Source of the DNA: Allosphingosinicella sp.
GTDB lineage: Bacteria; Pseudomonadota; Alphaproteobacteria; Sphingomonadales; Sphingomonadaceae
Direction: 5' to 3'
Assembly: GCA_036386995.1 (NCBI GenBank)
Contig: DASVUO010000306.1
Coordinates: 1 to 37,601, forward strand
Length of the DNA stretch: 37,601 nucleotides
Made by a program: the position numbers and the translations under genes. Numbering within the stretch: the first letter of the stretch is position 1; the number at the start of each line of letters is the position of its first letter. Below, piece by piece: positions 1 through 9,786 of the stretch. The notes under the pieces were generated by a model. That model saw only the letters and a program-made list of their open reading frames with translations, was not told where the DNA came from and searched no databases.

Positions 1-1512
1 GAAGAGTTCGCGTTCCCACTCGCGCGGATCGTTCGCGGCGCGCTGCGGTTCGTCGAAGAGCATCGTTGCGCGATCGGGCAGCGCATAGACCGGCCACGCC
101 GGCATCCCCGCGTGATTGGGATCGCCGCTCCTTGCGAAAGCCATAAACGCGTCCATCATCCGGCCGCTGACGGCGCGCGCGGCGGCGCCGGTGCCCGTGA
201 TCGAACCCTCCGCGTCTAGCGTGCCGAACGAAAGCGGGATGTCGATCGTATGCGGCGCGCCGCGCCACGGCTCGACCGGCGACTGGAAGTCGACCTGGTA
301 GACCCAGGTCCTTGTGCCGGCGGCGGCGCGGGCGTCGGCTTCGATGACTTGGCCGGGCCAGCTTCGCGCGGCGGTGGTGGCGGCGTAGAAGACGCGCTCT
401 GGTGACCAATCGGGAAAACGGGCGCGGTATTGGGCGACCACCCATTCGGGGTGGATGTCCATGCGCAGATCGCCGGTCATCCGCTCAGCGAGGTTGGACC
501 AGCCGAGACCCTGGAGCTTGGGTCCCTTGGGATCGATAAAGGCGCGCGTTTCGTCCCTCGTGTTGCCGAGGATCATCGGGATAGCGTTCGACTGCGGGTT
601 GGCGTTGGGCCAGAAGGGGTGGCGCGTGAGCCACTTCATGTCCAGCACCGGACCCATGTAGACCCCGCCGCCGATGATTGGATCGGTGGCGGTGAGGGCA
701 TCGACCAGCCGCTCCACCGGCATGCGCAGCAGATCGTCGGGGGTGGCCTTCAGCGCGGCGAGAAAGGCTTTGGCGCGGGCGGTAGCGTTGAGCGGGCCCG
801 AGGCGGTGACCTGCTGGCCGCTCATGGTGATTGCGCGGTGGAAGAGGCCGGCGGCGGCAGGCATGCCCATCATGGTGGCGATCTTGGCGCCACCACCTGA
901 CTGGCCGAAGACGAGAATGCGTGACGGATCGCCGCCGAAGCTCGCGATGTTGTCGCGGATCCACTGGAGGCCGAGGATAAGGTCTAGCTGGCCGAGATTG
1001 CCGCTGTCGGGAAAGCGCGGATCTAGTCGCGCAAGATAGAGATACCCGAGCGCATTTAGACGGTGATTGACCGTGACTATCACCGCATCGCCACGGCTAG
1101 CGAGGTGGCGGCCGTCGTTGAGGGGGTCGGCGACGCTGCCGCTCGAGTAAGCGCCGCCGTGGAAATAGACCAGCACCGGGCGCTTGCCGCCCGGTCGTGC
1201 TTCGGGTGTCCAGATGTTGAGGAACAGGCAGTCTTCGCTCTGCGGCTTGTAGCGATCGCCGCGCTGCGGCGCGGAGGGGCCGAAGGCGACGGCATCGACC
1301 AGCGCTCGGGTGACCGGCGGTGCCGTGGGCGCGCGGAAGCGTTCGGCGGTGCCGTAGCGAATGCCGCGGAAGACGGCGAGGCCGCCCTCTCTGGTGCCAC
1401 GGACCTGGCCAAGCGTGGTGCGGACGGTGGGGCCTGCGGGCGCGGCGTGGAGGATGGTCGGCAGCGCCGCGGCGCCGGCAGCGCCGAGAAGCAGGCCGCG
1501 CCGGTCGATCAC
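1..1512 (-). CDS. Type-B carboxylesterase/lipase with Tat signal; 3' end runs off the left edge
   Basis: Not in the ORF track. Manual translation from GTG at 1512 (GTGA overlap with kdgK stop): MIDRRGLLLGAAGAAALP...FRGIRYG...SEDCLFLNIWTP...VLVYFHGGAY...FGQSGGG (nucleophile elbow). Confidence 0.9.
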   Translation of the reverse strand, partial: MIDRRGLLLGAAGAAALPTILHAAPAGPTVRTTLGQVRGTREGGLAVFRGIRYGTAERFRAPTAPPVTRALVDAVAFGPSAPQRGDRYKPQSEDCLFLNIWTPEARPGGKRPVLVYFHGGAYSSGSVADPLNDGRHLASRGDAVIVTVNHRLNALGYLYLARLDPRFPDSGNLGQLDLILGLQWIRDNIASFGGDPSRILVFGQSGGGAKIATMMGMPAAAGLFHRAITMSGQQVTASGPLNATARAKAFLAALKATPDDLLRMPVERLVDALTATDPIIGGGVYMGPVLDMKWLTRHPFWPNANPQSNAIPMILGNTRDETRAFIDPKGPKLQGLGWSNLAERMTGDLRMDIHPEWVVAQYRARFPDWSPERVFYAATTAARSWPGQVIEADARAAAGTRTWVYQVDFQSPVEPWRGAPHTIDIPLSFGTLDAEGSITGTGAAARAVSGRMMDAFMAFARSGDPNHAGMPAWPVYALPDRATMLFDEPQRAANDPREWERELF

Positions 1513-2540
1513 CGCCGCACGTCCAGCTCGCCGGCCAGGAAGGAGTCGATGTCGCGGCGGCCGAACAGGCTGGCGTCGCCCGGCAGGCTGTGTTTGAGCG
1601 CCGTCAGCGCGAGGCCGAAGCGGGCGGTTTCCTCGGTGGAGGCGCCGGTCAGGATGCCGTGAAGCACCCCGGCAGCAAAGGCGTCGCCCGCGCCGATCCG
1701 GTCTACGATGCCGGAGACGGCAACTTCCTCCGTCTGAGCGGAGCCGTCACGCGTGTCGACCCGGGCGGCGATGCGGTGGGTGTCGGCATCGACTACATGG
1801 CGGGCGGTGGAGGCGATCAGGCCGAGTTTAGGGAACCCGGCGAAGGCCGCGTCGGCGGCTTCGCGGCGGCGCGCTTCCCCTTCCCCGCCGTAGCTGCCGC
1901 CGAGGAGCAGCGAGATGTCGCGATGGTTGCCGAATAGGATGTCGGCGCGGGACACCAGTTCGTTGAGAATCGAACGCGGATTGCTCTCCCACCGCGCCCA
2001 TAGCTGGGCCCGGTAATTGCCGTCGAAGGAGATGCGGATGCCGCGCGCCCGGGCTGCGTCCGCGGCGGCGATGGCAAGCGCGGCGGAGTTCGGCCCGAGG
2101 GCCGGGATGATGCCGGAGAGGTGGAAAAGCGAGGCGCCTTCGAGCAACGTCTCCCAATCGAAGTCCCCGGCGGCCGCGAGGGCAAAGCTGGAGCCTTCAC
2201 GGTCGTACACAATGTCAGACGGGCGAAGGCCGGCGCCGGGGGAAAGAAAATAAAGGCCGAGGCGTCCGGGGCCGGTGGAGACGCCAGCGGCATCGACACC
2301 GTAGCGGCGCAGGTATCCGGCGGCGGCGTCGCCGAGCGGTCCGGCAGGCACGCGGCTGACCATGGCCGCGGCATGGCCGAGGGAGGCGAGGCCGACCGCG
2401 ACATTGGCTTCGGCGCCGCCGACATGAACGGCAAGCCGCGGCGTTTGCAGCAGCAGCTCCCGCCCCGGCGCGGTGAGGCGGAGGAGGAGCTCGCCGAAGC
2501 AGACCACCTTCGCTGTGGAGCTTGGGCGGCCGCCGTTCAT
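1509..2540 (-). CDS. kdgK: 2-keto-3-deoxygluconate kinase (PfkB family)
   Basis: VVCFGELLLRL, GGAEANVA, FDGNYRAQLW and DRIGAGDAFAAG motifs. Start set at ATG 2540 (TGATG coupling to kduD stop). Confidence 0.9.
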   Translation of the reverse strand: MNGGRPSSTAKVVCFGELLLRLTAPGRELLLQTPRLAVHVGGAEANVAVGLASLGHAAAMVSRVPAGPLGDAAAGYLRRYGVDAAGVSTGPGRLGLYFLSPGAGLRPSDIVYDREGSSFALAAAGDFDWETLLEGASLFHLSGIIPALGPNSAALAIAAADAARARGIRISFDGNYRAQLWARWESNPRSILNELVSRADILFGNHRDISLLLGGSYGGEGEARRREAADAAFAGFPKLGLIASTARHVVDADTHRIAARVDTRDGSAQTEEVAVSGIVDRIGAGDAFAAGVLHGILTGASTEETARFGLALTALKHSLPGDASLFGRRDIDSFLAGELDVRR

Positions 2541-3295
2541 CACCGCGCTAGCCAGCCGCCGTCGACGGCCAGGATATGCCCCTGGACGTAATCCGAAGCG
2601 GAGGAAGAGAGGAAGACGGCGGCGCCGCCGAGATCGGACGGCTCGCCCCAGCGGCCGGCCGGAATGCGTTCCATTATCTGCCGGTTTCGACTCTCGTCGG
2701 CCTGCAACGCGGCAGTGTTGTTGGTGGCGATGTAGCCGGGCGCGATAGCGTTGACGTTGATCCCTTTTGCAGCCCACTCGCACGCGAGGAGCTTGGTCAA
2801 GCCCGCAACGCCCGACTTCGACGCAGTGTAGCTCGGCACGCGGATGCCGCCCTGGAAGCTCAGCATGGACGCGATGTTGATGATCTTGCCCCTTCCTTGC
2901 CCAATCATGTGGCGGCCGGCGGCCTGACAGAGGAAGAAGACGGACTTGAGGTTGGTGTCGATGACCGCGTCCCAGTCCTCTTCGGAGAAGTCGACCGCGT
3001 CGGCGCGGCGAATGATGCCGGCATTGTTGACCAGAATGTCGAGGCCGCCAAGCTCCGACAGCGTCTGATCCACCACCGCCTGGATTGGCGCGGTGGAGGA
3101 GAGATCGGCCTGGACGAGCGCGGCGCGTCGGCCGGCGGCGCGGACGAGCTTCGCCGTCTCCTCGGCTGAGGAGCGGCCGACGAGGGCGACATCCGCCCCC
3201 GCCTGCGCAAGCGCAACGGCGATGCCCTGGCCGATGCCGGTGTTGGCGCCGGTGACGATTGCGACGCGGCCGGTGAGATCGAATGGGTAGGTCAT
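2540..3295 (-). CDS. kduD: 2-dehydro-3-deoxy-D-gluconate 5-dehydrogenase (SDR)
   Basis: TGANTGIGQG, NNAGIIRR, SMLSFQGGIRVPSYTASKSG and VDGGWLAR are KduD-typical; adjacent to kduI. Confidence 0.95.
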   Translation of the reverse strand: MTYPFDLTGRVAIVTGANTGIGQGIAVALAQAGADVALVGRSSAEETAKLVRAAGRRAALVQADLSSTAPIQAVVDQTLSELGGLDILVNNAGIIRRADAVDFSEEDWDAVIDTNLKSVFFLCQAAGRHMIGQGRGKIINIASMLSFQGGIRVPSYTASKSGVAGLTKLLACEWAAKGINVNAIAPGYIATNNTAALQADESRNRQIMERIPAGRWGEPSDLGGAAVFLSSSASDYVQGHILAVDGGWLAR

Positions 3296-3300
3296 CGGGA

Positions 3301-4140
3301 TTACTGAAGCTGGCAGATGTCGAGGACGTTCATGTCGGTATAGTCCTGATTCTCGCCGGCCATCGCCCAGATGAAGGCGTAAGCGCGGGTGCCCGAACCC
3401 ATGTGGATCGACCAGGGGGGCGAGATCACCGCTTCCTCGTTCCCGACAACGATGTGCCGCATGGCGTCGCCTTCGCCCATATAGTGGAAGACGCGGTCCT
3501 TGTCGTTCGGCAGCTCGAAGTAGAAATAGATCTCGCTGCGCCGCTCATGGATATGCGGCGGCATGGTGTTCCAGACGCTGCCGGGCTTGAGGACGGTGAG
3601 ACCCATGACGAGCTGCGCGCTGTCGCAGACGCCGGGAATGACAAGCTGGAAGATCGTGCGCTCGTTCGACTCCTCAAGGCTGCCGCGCTCCAGAGCGTTG
3701 GCGTCGGCGATGCCGAGCTTGCGGGTTTGAAAGGCTTTGTGAGCCGGGCAGGAGGCGAGGTAGAAGCGGGCGCCGTCGCCGGAGAAGACGACGTCCTTGG
3801 CGCCCATGGTGACGTAGAGGCAGTCCTTGTTGCCGAGCTCGAACGTCTCGCCATCGACGGTGACGGTGCCAGCGGCCGAGCCCACATTGACAATCGCAAG
3901 CTCGCGGCGCTCAAGGAAAGGGTGCCCGGCGGCGGAGGCGGGTTCGGTTTGGTCGGGGAGGCGGACCTCGCCCGAAGCGACGGCGACCCCGCCAATCACG
4001 AAGCGGTCAGCGTGGGTGTAGTTAAGCACGCACTCGCCTTCCCGAAACAGGCCCTCGATCAGGTAGCGGTCCCGCAGTTCTTCGTTGGAGACGCACTCCA
4101 TCATGTCGGGGTGGGTGGCGTAATAGGTGCGGTCGAACAT
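3301..4140 (-). CDS. kduI: 5-dehydro-4-deoxy-D-glucuronate isomerase
   Basis: [37 protein letters not shown] and FIWAMAGEN motifs. Confidence 0.95.
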   Translation of the reverse strand: MFDRTYYATHPDMMECVSNEELRDRYLIEGLFREGECVLNYTHADRFVIGGVAVASGEVRLPDQTEPASAAGHPFLERRELAIVNVGSAAGTVTVDGETFELGNKDCLYVTMGAKDVVFSGDGARFYLASCPAHKAFQTRKLGIADANALERGSLEESNERTIFQLVIPGVCDSAQLVMGLTVLKPGSVWNTMPPHIHERRSEIYFYFELPNDKDRVFHYMGEGDAMRHIVVGNEEAVISPPWSIHMGSGTRAYAFIWAMAGENQDYTDMNVLDICQLQ

Positions 4141-4152
4141 GATAAAGCTCCG

Positions 4153-5589
4153 TTAGGCTGCGAGGGTTTGGGCGTCGTCAAGGCGGTAGGCGCGCTTGAC
4201 GAGGCCGTAGGTGAGTTCGTGGGCAAGCTCCGCCGCTTCCCAGTCGGCCAAGCGGTGCTCGGCGACCAGCCGGGCAAGAAAGGCGCAATCGATCCGCCGT
4301 GCGACGTCGTGCCGCGCCGGGATCGACAGGAAAGCGCGGGTGTCGTCGTTGAAGCCGACCGTGTTGTAGAAGCCGGCGGTCTCCGTCGTCATCTCGCGGA
4401 AGCGGCGCATGCCTTCGGGACTGTCATGGAACCACCAGGCGGGGCCGAGCTTCAGGCAGGGATAATGGCCGGCGAGCGGGGCAAGCTCGCGGGCATAAGC
4501 CGTTTCGTCTAGCGAGAAGAGAATGATGGACAGCGCGGGCTCGTTACCGAAGCGGTCGAGCAGCGGTTTGAGCGCGTGGACGTAATCGGTGCGGGTGGGG
4601 ATGTCCGCGCCCTTGTCGCGTCCATAGGCGCCGTGGAGGCCGCGATTGTGGTTGCGGAAGGAGCCCGGATGGATCTGCATCACCATGCCGTCTTCAAGCG
4701 AGAGCGCGGCCATTTCAGTGAGCATCTGGGCGCGGAACAGTTCGGCGTCTTCCACGGTCGAGGTGCCGCCGACAATTCGAGTGAAGAGCGCCTCCTTCTC
4801 CGCCTGCGGGAGGTCGGCGGTGCGGGCGGTGGGGTGGCCGTGATCAGTGGCAGTGGCGCCGGCGGCGCGGAAATCGGCGCGGCGCTTTCGGTGAGCGGCG
4901 ATGTAGCCGGACCAATCGTGAACGTCTTCACCGGTCAGTTCGGCAAAGCGGGCGAGCGCGGTCGCGAAATCCTCATGCTCGGGATCGATTACCGCGTCGG
5001 GGCGGTAGGTGGTGACTACCCGCCCCGCCCAGCCGGAGCGGCGGATTGTTGTGTGATGGACGAGGTCCTCCTGCGGGCCTTCGGTGGTGGCGAGGAGCTC
5101 GATGCCAAAGCGGTCGAAGAGGGCACGCGGGCGGAAGGGGGCGGTGGCGAGCGCTTCGGTCATCGCGTCGAAGTAAAGGTCCGCGGTTCCGGGTTCGAGC
5201 GCGACGCTGAACCCGAAGACTTCGGCGAAGACATGGTCGAGCCAGAGGCGGGACGGGGTGCCGCGAAAGAGATGATAATGCTGCGCGAAGAGGCGCCATG
5301 CTTCGCGGGGACAGGCCGATGAAGGTCCGTTGCGGTTGGCAACGCCGAGGCGGTCGAGGGAGATTCCCTGGCTGTAGAGCATGCGGTAGAGGTAATGGTC
5401 GGGCGCGAGCAGCAACTCGGCCGGGTTGGTCCAGGCGGCGTCGCTTGCGAACCAGGCAGGATCGGTGTGGCCGTGCGGGCTGACGATGGGGAGGTTCGCG
5501 ACCTCGCCGTAGAGAGCGCGGGCGATGCCCCTCGTCGCAGGCTCGGCCGGGAACAGCCGATCGGGATGGAGGGAAAGCGGCCTCGTCAT
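4153..5589 (-). CDS. uxaC: Uronate (glucuronate/galacturonate) isomerase
   Basis: SPHGHTDP, PDHYLYRMLYSQG, WWFHDSPEG, GFNDDTRAFLSIPARHD. ATG 5589 chosen for its AGGA RBS (alternative 5595). Confidence 0.95.
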   Translation of the reverse strand: MTRPLSLHPDRLFPAEPATRGIARALYGEVANLPIVSPHGHTDPAWFASDAAWTNPAELLLAPDHYLYRMLYSQGISLDRLGVANRNGPSSACPREAWRLFAQHYHLFRGTPSRLWLDHVFAEVFGFSVALEPGTADLYFDAMTEALATAPFRPRALFDRFGIELLATTEGPQEDLVHHTTIRRSGWAGRVVTTYRPDAVIDPEHEDFATALARFAELTGEDVHDWSGYIAAHRKRRADFRAAGATATDHGHPTARTADLPQAEKEALFTRIVGGTSTVEDAELFRAQMLTEMAALSLEDGMVMQIHPGSFRNHNRGLHGAYGRDKGADIPTRTDYVHALKPLLDRFGNEPALSIILFSLDETAYARELAPLAGHYPCLKLGPAWWFHDSPEGMRRFREMTTETAGFYNTVGFNDDTRAFLSIPARHDVARRIDCAFLARLVAEHRLADWEAAELAHELTYGLVKRAYRLDDAQTLAA

Positions 5590-5645
5590 TCTCATCCTAA
5601 CGCGTGGTCAGCCAGTGGTCTCCGCCACCTTTTTGCACTTTGATC

Positions 5646-5659
5646 GGTAACCGGTGTCA
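5646..5659 (-). promoter_or_regulatory. LacI-type operator 1 (TGACACCGGTTACC) upstream of uxaC-kduI-kduD-kdgK
   Basis: Exact TGACACCGGT core, shared with five other promoter-region sites. Confidence 0.8.
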
Positions 5660-5676
5660 TCGAACGGCGCAAGCAC

Positions 5677-6732
5677 TCAGGGCGCCGGGGCCACCGAAGC
5701 GCGGCGGATAAGGGTGGAGAGAAAGAGCGAAGGCTCCGCCACTTCCGGATCCGCGTCGCCGACTGCCGCGAGCAGCTTGTGCGCCGCCGAGCGCGCCATC
5801 GAGACGATCGGCCAGCGCACGGTGGTGAGCGGCGGCCAGATGTGGGCGGCGATCGGCGTGTCGTCGAAGCCGATCACCGACAGCTCGCCCGGCACGTCGA
5901 TACCGCGCTGGCGGGCGACGTGGACGACGCCGGCCGCCATTTCGTCGTTAGAGGCGAAAATGGCGCTGGGCCGCGGCGACAAGTCGAGCAGCTTCTCGGC
6001 CGCGGCAATGCCCGATTCAAACGTGTAATTGCCTTCCGCGATCAGGCTGCGCGGCAGGCGAATGCCGGCGTCGGCCAGGCCGTCCTCGAAGCCTTGGCGC
6101 CGTTCGCGGGCGGAGCGGAAGCCATGCGGACCGGCGATCAGCCCGATCAGCCGGTGGCCCTCCTTGACGAGATAGGCGGTGGCGGCGCGCACCGCTTCGC
6201 GGTCGTTGGATGCAACCATGTGGCTCGGGTCGTCGAGCTCTGCCGAGCCCATTCGCACGTAGCGGCACCCGACTTCGTCGCAGAGGCGGGCGAGCGCGTC
6301 ATTCTCCGAAATCGGCGGGAGCAGGACGACACCATAAAGGCGCTGGCGCTCGAGGAAGTGGCGCACGTCGTCGAGCATAGCGGGGGAACCGCGATCGACC
6401 GGGCGGACCAGCATCTCGAACTCGGTGCCCTGCAGCGCTTCCAATATGCCCTGCTGAACATTCAAAACCATCTGCGCGTTGGGGTTGTCGTGGATCAGGC
6501 CAATCAGGAAATTGGTGCGCAGCGCCAAGGCGCGCGCTTGAGGGTTGGGGACGTAGCCGAGATCGCGAATGACCCCGAGAACCCGATTGCGGGTATCGTC
6601 GTTGAGCAAAGGCGATCGGTTGATGACTCGGCTTACGGTCTTCTTGGAGACGCCGGACAGGCGCGCGACGTCGTTGATCGTCGGCTTTCCTTGGCGACGC
6701 CGGCTTTGTTCGTCTTCGGCCTTGCTGCTCAT
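5677..6732 (-). CDS. LacI-family transcriptional regulator of the locus
   Basis: HTH PTINDVARLSGVSKKTVSRVIN, YVPNPQARAL hinge, SVIGFDD...PPLTTV. ATG 6732 has a GAAGGA RBS. Confidence 0.93.
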   Translation of the reverse strand: MSSKAEDEQSRRRQGKPTINDVARLSGVSKKTVSRVINRSPLLNDDTRNRVLGVIRDLGYVPNPQARALALRTNFLIGLIHDNPNAQMVLNVQQGILEALQGTEFEMLVRPVDRGSPAMLDDVRHFLERQRLYGVVLLPPISENDALARLCDEVGCRYVRMGSAELDDPSHMVASNDREAVRAATAYLVKEGHRLIGLIAGPHGFRSARERRQGFEDGLADAGIRLPRSLIAEGNYTFESGIAAAEKLLDLSPRPSAIFASNDEMAAGVVHVARQRGIDVPGELSVIGFDDTPIAAHIWPPLTTVRWPIVSMARSAAHKLLAAVGDADPEVAEPSLFLSTLIRRASVAPAP

Positions 6733-6826
6733 CCGCGTTCCTTCTTGCCGCCGCACCCTAGCCGAGGCGTGCCTGCGGCAAAAGGCGCAGGCGTTTCCCT
6801 TGTCGGTCAATGCAACCGCGGCTATG

Positions 6827-6840
6827 TGACACCGGTTTCC
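6827..6840 (+). promoter_or_regulatory. LacI-type operator 2 (TGACACCGGTTTCC) in the divergent lacI/uxaA region
   Basis: Core motif ends 2 nt before uxaA ATG 6843 and follows a TTGTCG...GCTATGT promoter-like sequence. Confidence 0.8.
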
Positions 6841-6842
6841 AA

Positions 6843-8360
6843 ATGACCCAAGCCACCCTTCTCGAAGCGGCCGCAGAGGCCCGCGCCCTCCTCCGCCTGG
6901 ACCCGCGCGACGATGTTGCTTCAGCGCTGCGGCCGCTTGTCGCTGGCGAGGCGGTGGAATTGGACGGACGGCTCCTCACGGTGCGGGAGGACGTGCCCTA
7001 CGGTCACAAGATCGCATTGCGCGATATTGATGCGGGGGCGGAGGTGCGCAAGTTCGGCTGGCCCATCGGAGCGACCACCAAGGGGGTGCGTGTGGGGGAG
7101 CATGTCCACAGCCACAATCTTGCCACCCTGCTGTCGGGTGTTGAAGGCTATTCCTACCAGCCGTGGCGGCCGGAGCGTCAGGCGCCGGGGCCGGAGCGGC
7201 GCTTCCTAGGCTACAGCCGCGCCGATGGACGGGTCGGCACGCGCAACGAGATTTGGGTGTTGCCGACCGTCGGCTGCGTCGGCCGTACCGCGCAGAAGAT
7301 CGCCGCTATCGCCCACGCCCGCCACGCGGGCGAAATCGACGGGGTTCATGCCTTCGCCCATCCGTTCGGCTGTTCGCAGCTTGGCGACGACCTTGGCGGC
7401 ACGCGTGCCATTTTGGCGGCGCTCGCCTGCCACCCCAATGCCGGCGGCGTGCTGCTCGTCGGGCTGGGGTGCGAATCGAACCAGCTCGACCTCCTCCTCC
7501 AGCAAATCCCCGCGGAGCAGCGCGGGCGGGTGCGGACGCTGCGGGCGCAGAGCGCGGACGACGAAGTGGAAGAAGGCGTAGCGCTAGTCGGTGCGCTTGC
7601 TGCCACCGCGGCGCTGGCGCGGCGGCAGGAGGTGCCGCTCTCGGAGCTGGTGCTTGGCCTCAAATGCGGCGGCTCGGACGGCTTTTCCGGCCTTACGGCG
7701 AATCCGCTGGTCGGGCGGATGGCGGACCGGGTGGTGGACGCGGGCGGATCTGCGATCCTGAGCGAGATTCCCGAAATATTCGGCGCCGAGCGATTGTTGA
7801 TGGCGAGGGCCCGCGACGTCCGGGTGTTCGACGCGGTCGTGGGCATGGTCAACGACTTCAAGCGCTACTTCCTGGCGCATGGCGAGCCGGTCTCGGAGAA
7901 CCCCTCCCCCGGCAACATTGCTGGGGGGATCACGACGCTGGAGGAGAAGTCACTGGGCGCCGTGCAAAAAGCCGGGCGGGCGCCGCTCGACGACGTGCTG
8001 CGCTATGGCGAGCGGGTGCGGCGACGGGGGCTCACCCTTCTTGAGGCGCCGGGGAACGACGCGGTGTCCTCGACGGCTTTGGCCGCGGCCGGAGCGACGG
8101 CGATCCTGTTCACCACCGGCCGCGGGACGCCGCTCGGCTTTCCGGTGCCGACGGTCAAGATCGCCTCCAATTCCGAGCTTGCCGCGCGCAAGAAAGGCTG
8201 GATCGACTTCGACGCGGGGCAAGTGCTGGTCGGCGGCATCGATTCAGCCGCCGAGGCGCTGCTGGACCGCGTCCTCGCAATCGCCTCGGGCGAGGAAACG
8301 GCGGCGGAGCGGGGCGGCGAGCGCGAGATCGCGATTTGGAAGCGAGGGGTGACGCTTTGA
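6843..8360 (+). CDS. uxaA: Altronate dehydratase (UxaA family, SAF + GD_AH_C domains)
   Basis: GHKIAL, GEHVHSHN, GRVGTRNEIW, HPFGCSQLGDD, KCGGSDGFSG, ENPSPGN..GG.TTLEEKSLG, FTTGRGTP. Confidence 0.92.
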   Translation: MTQATLLEAAAEARALLRLDPRDDVASALRPLVAGEAVELDGRLLTVREDVPYGHKIALRDIDAGAEVRKFGWPIGATTKGVRVGEHVHSHNLATLLSGVEGYSYQPWRPERQAPGPERRFLGYSRADGRVGTRNEIWVLPTVGCVGRTAQKIAAIAHARHAGEIDGVHAFAHPFGCSQLGDDLGGTRAILAALACHPNAGGVLLVGLGCESNQLDLLLQQIPAEQRGRVRTLRAQSADDEVEEGVALVGALAATAALARRQEVPLSELVLGLKCGGSDGFSGLTANPLVGRMADRVVDAGGSAILSEIPEIFGAERLLMARARDVRVFDAVVGMVNDFKRYFLAHGEPVSENPSPGNIAGGITTLEEKSLGAVQKAGRAPLDDVLRYGERVRRRGLTLLEAPGNDAVSSTALAAAGATAILFTTGRGTPLGFPVPTVKIASNSELAARKKGWIDFDAGQVLVGGIDSAAEALLDRVLAIASGEETAAERGGEREIAIWKRGVTL

Positions 8361-9721
8361 GCGGCACCGGGATCGTCCATTTTGGACCGGGTGCCTTTCA
8401 CCGGGCGCACCAGTCAGATTATGTCGATCGGCTGCTTGCCCATGATCCGCGCTGGGGCGTCGCGGCGGTGTCGCTGCGCTCTTCTGCGACGGTGGAGGCG
8501 CTCAAGCGTCAGGGGGGTCGCTACACGCTCGCCATTCTGGATGCGGAGACTCAGTTCCGGACGCTTGCCGCGCACAATGCTTTCTTCGGCCCCGCCGAGG
8601 GCGAAGGGGTGCGCAGCCTGCTCCGCGATCCCGCGGTGCGGATCGTCTCATCCACCGTGACCGAGAAGGGGTATTGCCTAGCCGGCGACGGAACGCTCGA
8701 CTTCGATCATCCCGATGTGGTCCACGATCTCCGGGCGCCGCTGGTACCGGTCAGCATCGTCGGTTGGCTCGTGCTCGGTCTCGGCGACCGCAAGGCGGCG
8801 GGGCTGCCACCGTTCGTGCCGCTCTGCTGCGACAACATGGTGACAAACGGCAAAAAACTGCGCGCCGCGGTGCTTGCCTTTGCCGAGCAAGTCGAGCCGG
8901 AGCTGGCGCGCTGGATCGCCGGCGAGGCGGTATTCCCGGACTCTATGGTCGATTCGATCACGCCGGCGAGCGACCAGGCGCTTCGCCTGTTGGTCCGAGA
9001 GGCGACCGGCTTCGACGATCTTATTCCCGTACGCCGCGAGGCCTATGCCGAATGGGTGATCGAGGATGTGCTTCCGGCGGACGTGCCTGATCTCGCGAGC
9101 GCAGGCGTGACGCTGGCTGAAGATGTGGGGGCTTGGGAAAAGGCCAAGCTGCGTATCTTGAACGGCGCCCATTCCACGCTGGCCTATCTCGGCCTGCTCA
9201 TCGGGCACGAGACGGTGGCGGATGCCATGGCCGATGCGGAGCTGGCGAACTTCCTAGGGCGGCTGATTCGGGAGGATATCGCCGCTAGCCTTGCCCCCTC
9301 GCCGCTCAACCTTGACGCTTATGCCAGCGAAATCCTGCAGCGCTTCCGCAACCCGGCCATCGGCCACAAGCTGTCGCAGATCGCCTGGGACGGATCGCAA
9401 AAGCTGCCCTACCGGTTGCTCGCCACTATAAGCGATTCACTTTTAGCGAGACGCTCGGTGGAGCGGCTGGCGGTGCCGGTGGCGGCGTGGATGCTGTTCG
9501 TCCAGCGCCAAGCCCGCGCCGGTGCCGAGATCATCGACCCACTGGGCGAGGTGCTTTCCCGTGTGGGGCTGGAGGATGGGGCGGAGGAGAAGATGCTCGC
9601 GCTGGGGCAGATCTTCCCAGCCGCCCTGGCGGAGGACAGCCGCTTCCGAGCGGCCCTCTTCAAGGCCGTGCAGGCAATGCGGGAAGTAGGCCCCCGCGCT
9701 TGCCTGTCCGCCCGCCAGTAA
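8357..9721 (+). CDS. Mannitol dehydrogenase family NAD-dependent reductase (tagaturonate or fructuronate reductase)
   Basis: GIVHFGPGAFHRAHQ, TVTEKGY, CDN, MVDSITP, KLRILNGAHS, RFRNP, IAWDGSQKL. TTG 8357 overlaps the uxaA stop and has a GAGGGG RBS. Confidence 0.88.
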   Translation: MSGTGIVHFGPGAFHRAHQSDYVDRLLAHDPRWGVAAVSLRSSATVEALKRQGGRYTLAILDAETQFRTLAAHNAFFGPAEGEGVRSLLRDPAVRIVSSTVTEKGYCLAGDGTLDFDHPDVVHDLRAPLVPVSIVGWLVLGLGDRKAAGLPPFVPLCCDNMVTNGKKLRAAVLAFAEQVEPELARWIAGEAVFPDSMVDSITPASDQALRLLVREATGFDDLIPVRREAYAEWVIEDVLPADVPDLASAGVTLAEDVGAWEKAKLRILNGAHSTLAYLGLLIGHETVADAMADAELANFLGRLIREDIAASLAPSPLNLDAYASEILQRFRNPAIGHKLSQIAWDGSQKLPYRLLATISDSLLARRSVERLAVPVAAWMLFVQRQARAGAEIIDPLGEVLSRVGLEDGAEEKMLALGQIFPAALAEDSRFRAALFKAVQAMREVGPRACLSARQ

Positions 9722-9728
9722 GGGTGCG

Positions 9729-9757
9729 TTGCCCGTGACACCGGTTTCCACTACGCT
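9729..9757 (+). promoter_or_regulatory. Sigma70-like promoter with operator 3 (9736-9749) in the spacer
   Basis: TTGCCC-17 nt-TACGCT; the spacer contains TGACACCGGTTTCC. Confidence 0.75.
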
Positions 9758-9786
9758 TGCGAAACATGAATGAGAGAGATGCCCAA

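Noticed and set aside
3283-6846. Plus-strand ORFs 3283-4512, 4576-5322 and 5779-6846
   Set aside because: Antisense shadows of kduI, uxaC and the LacI gene.
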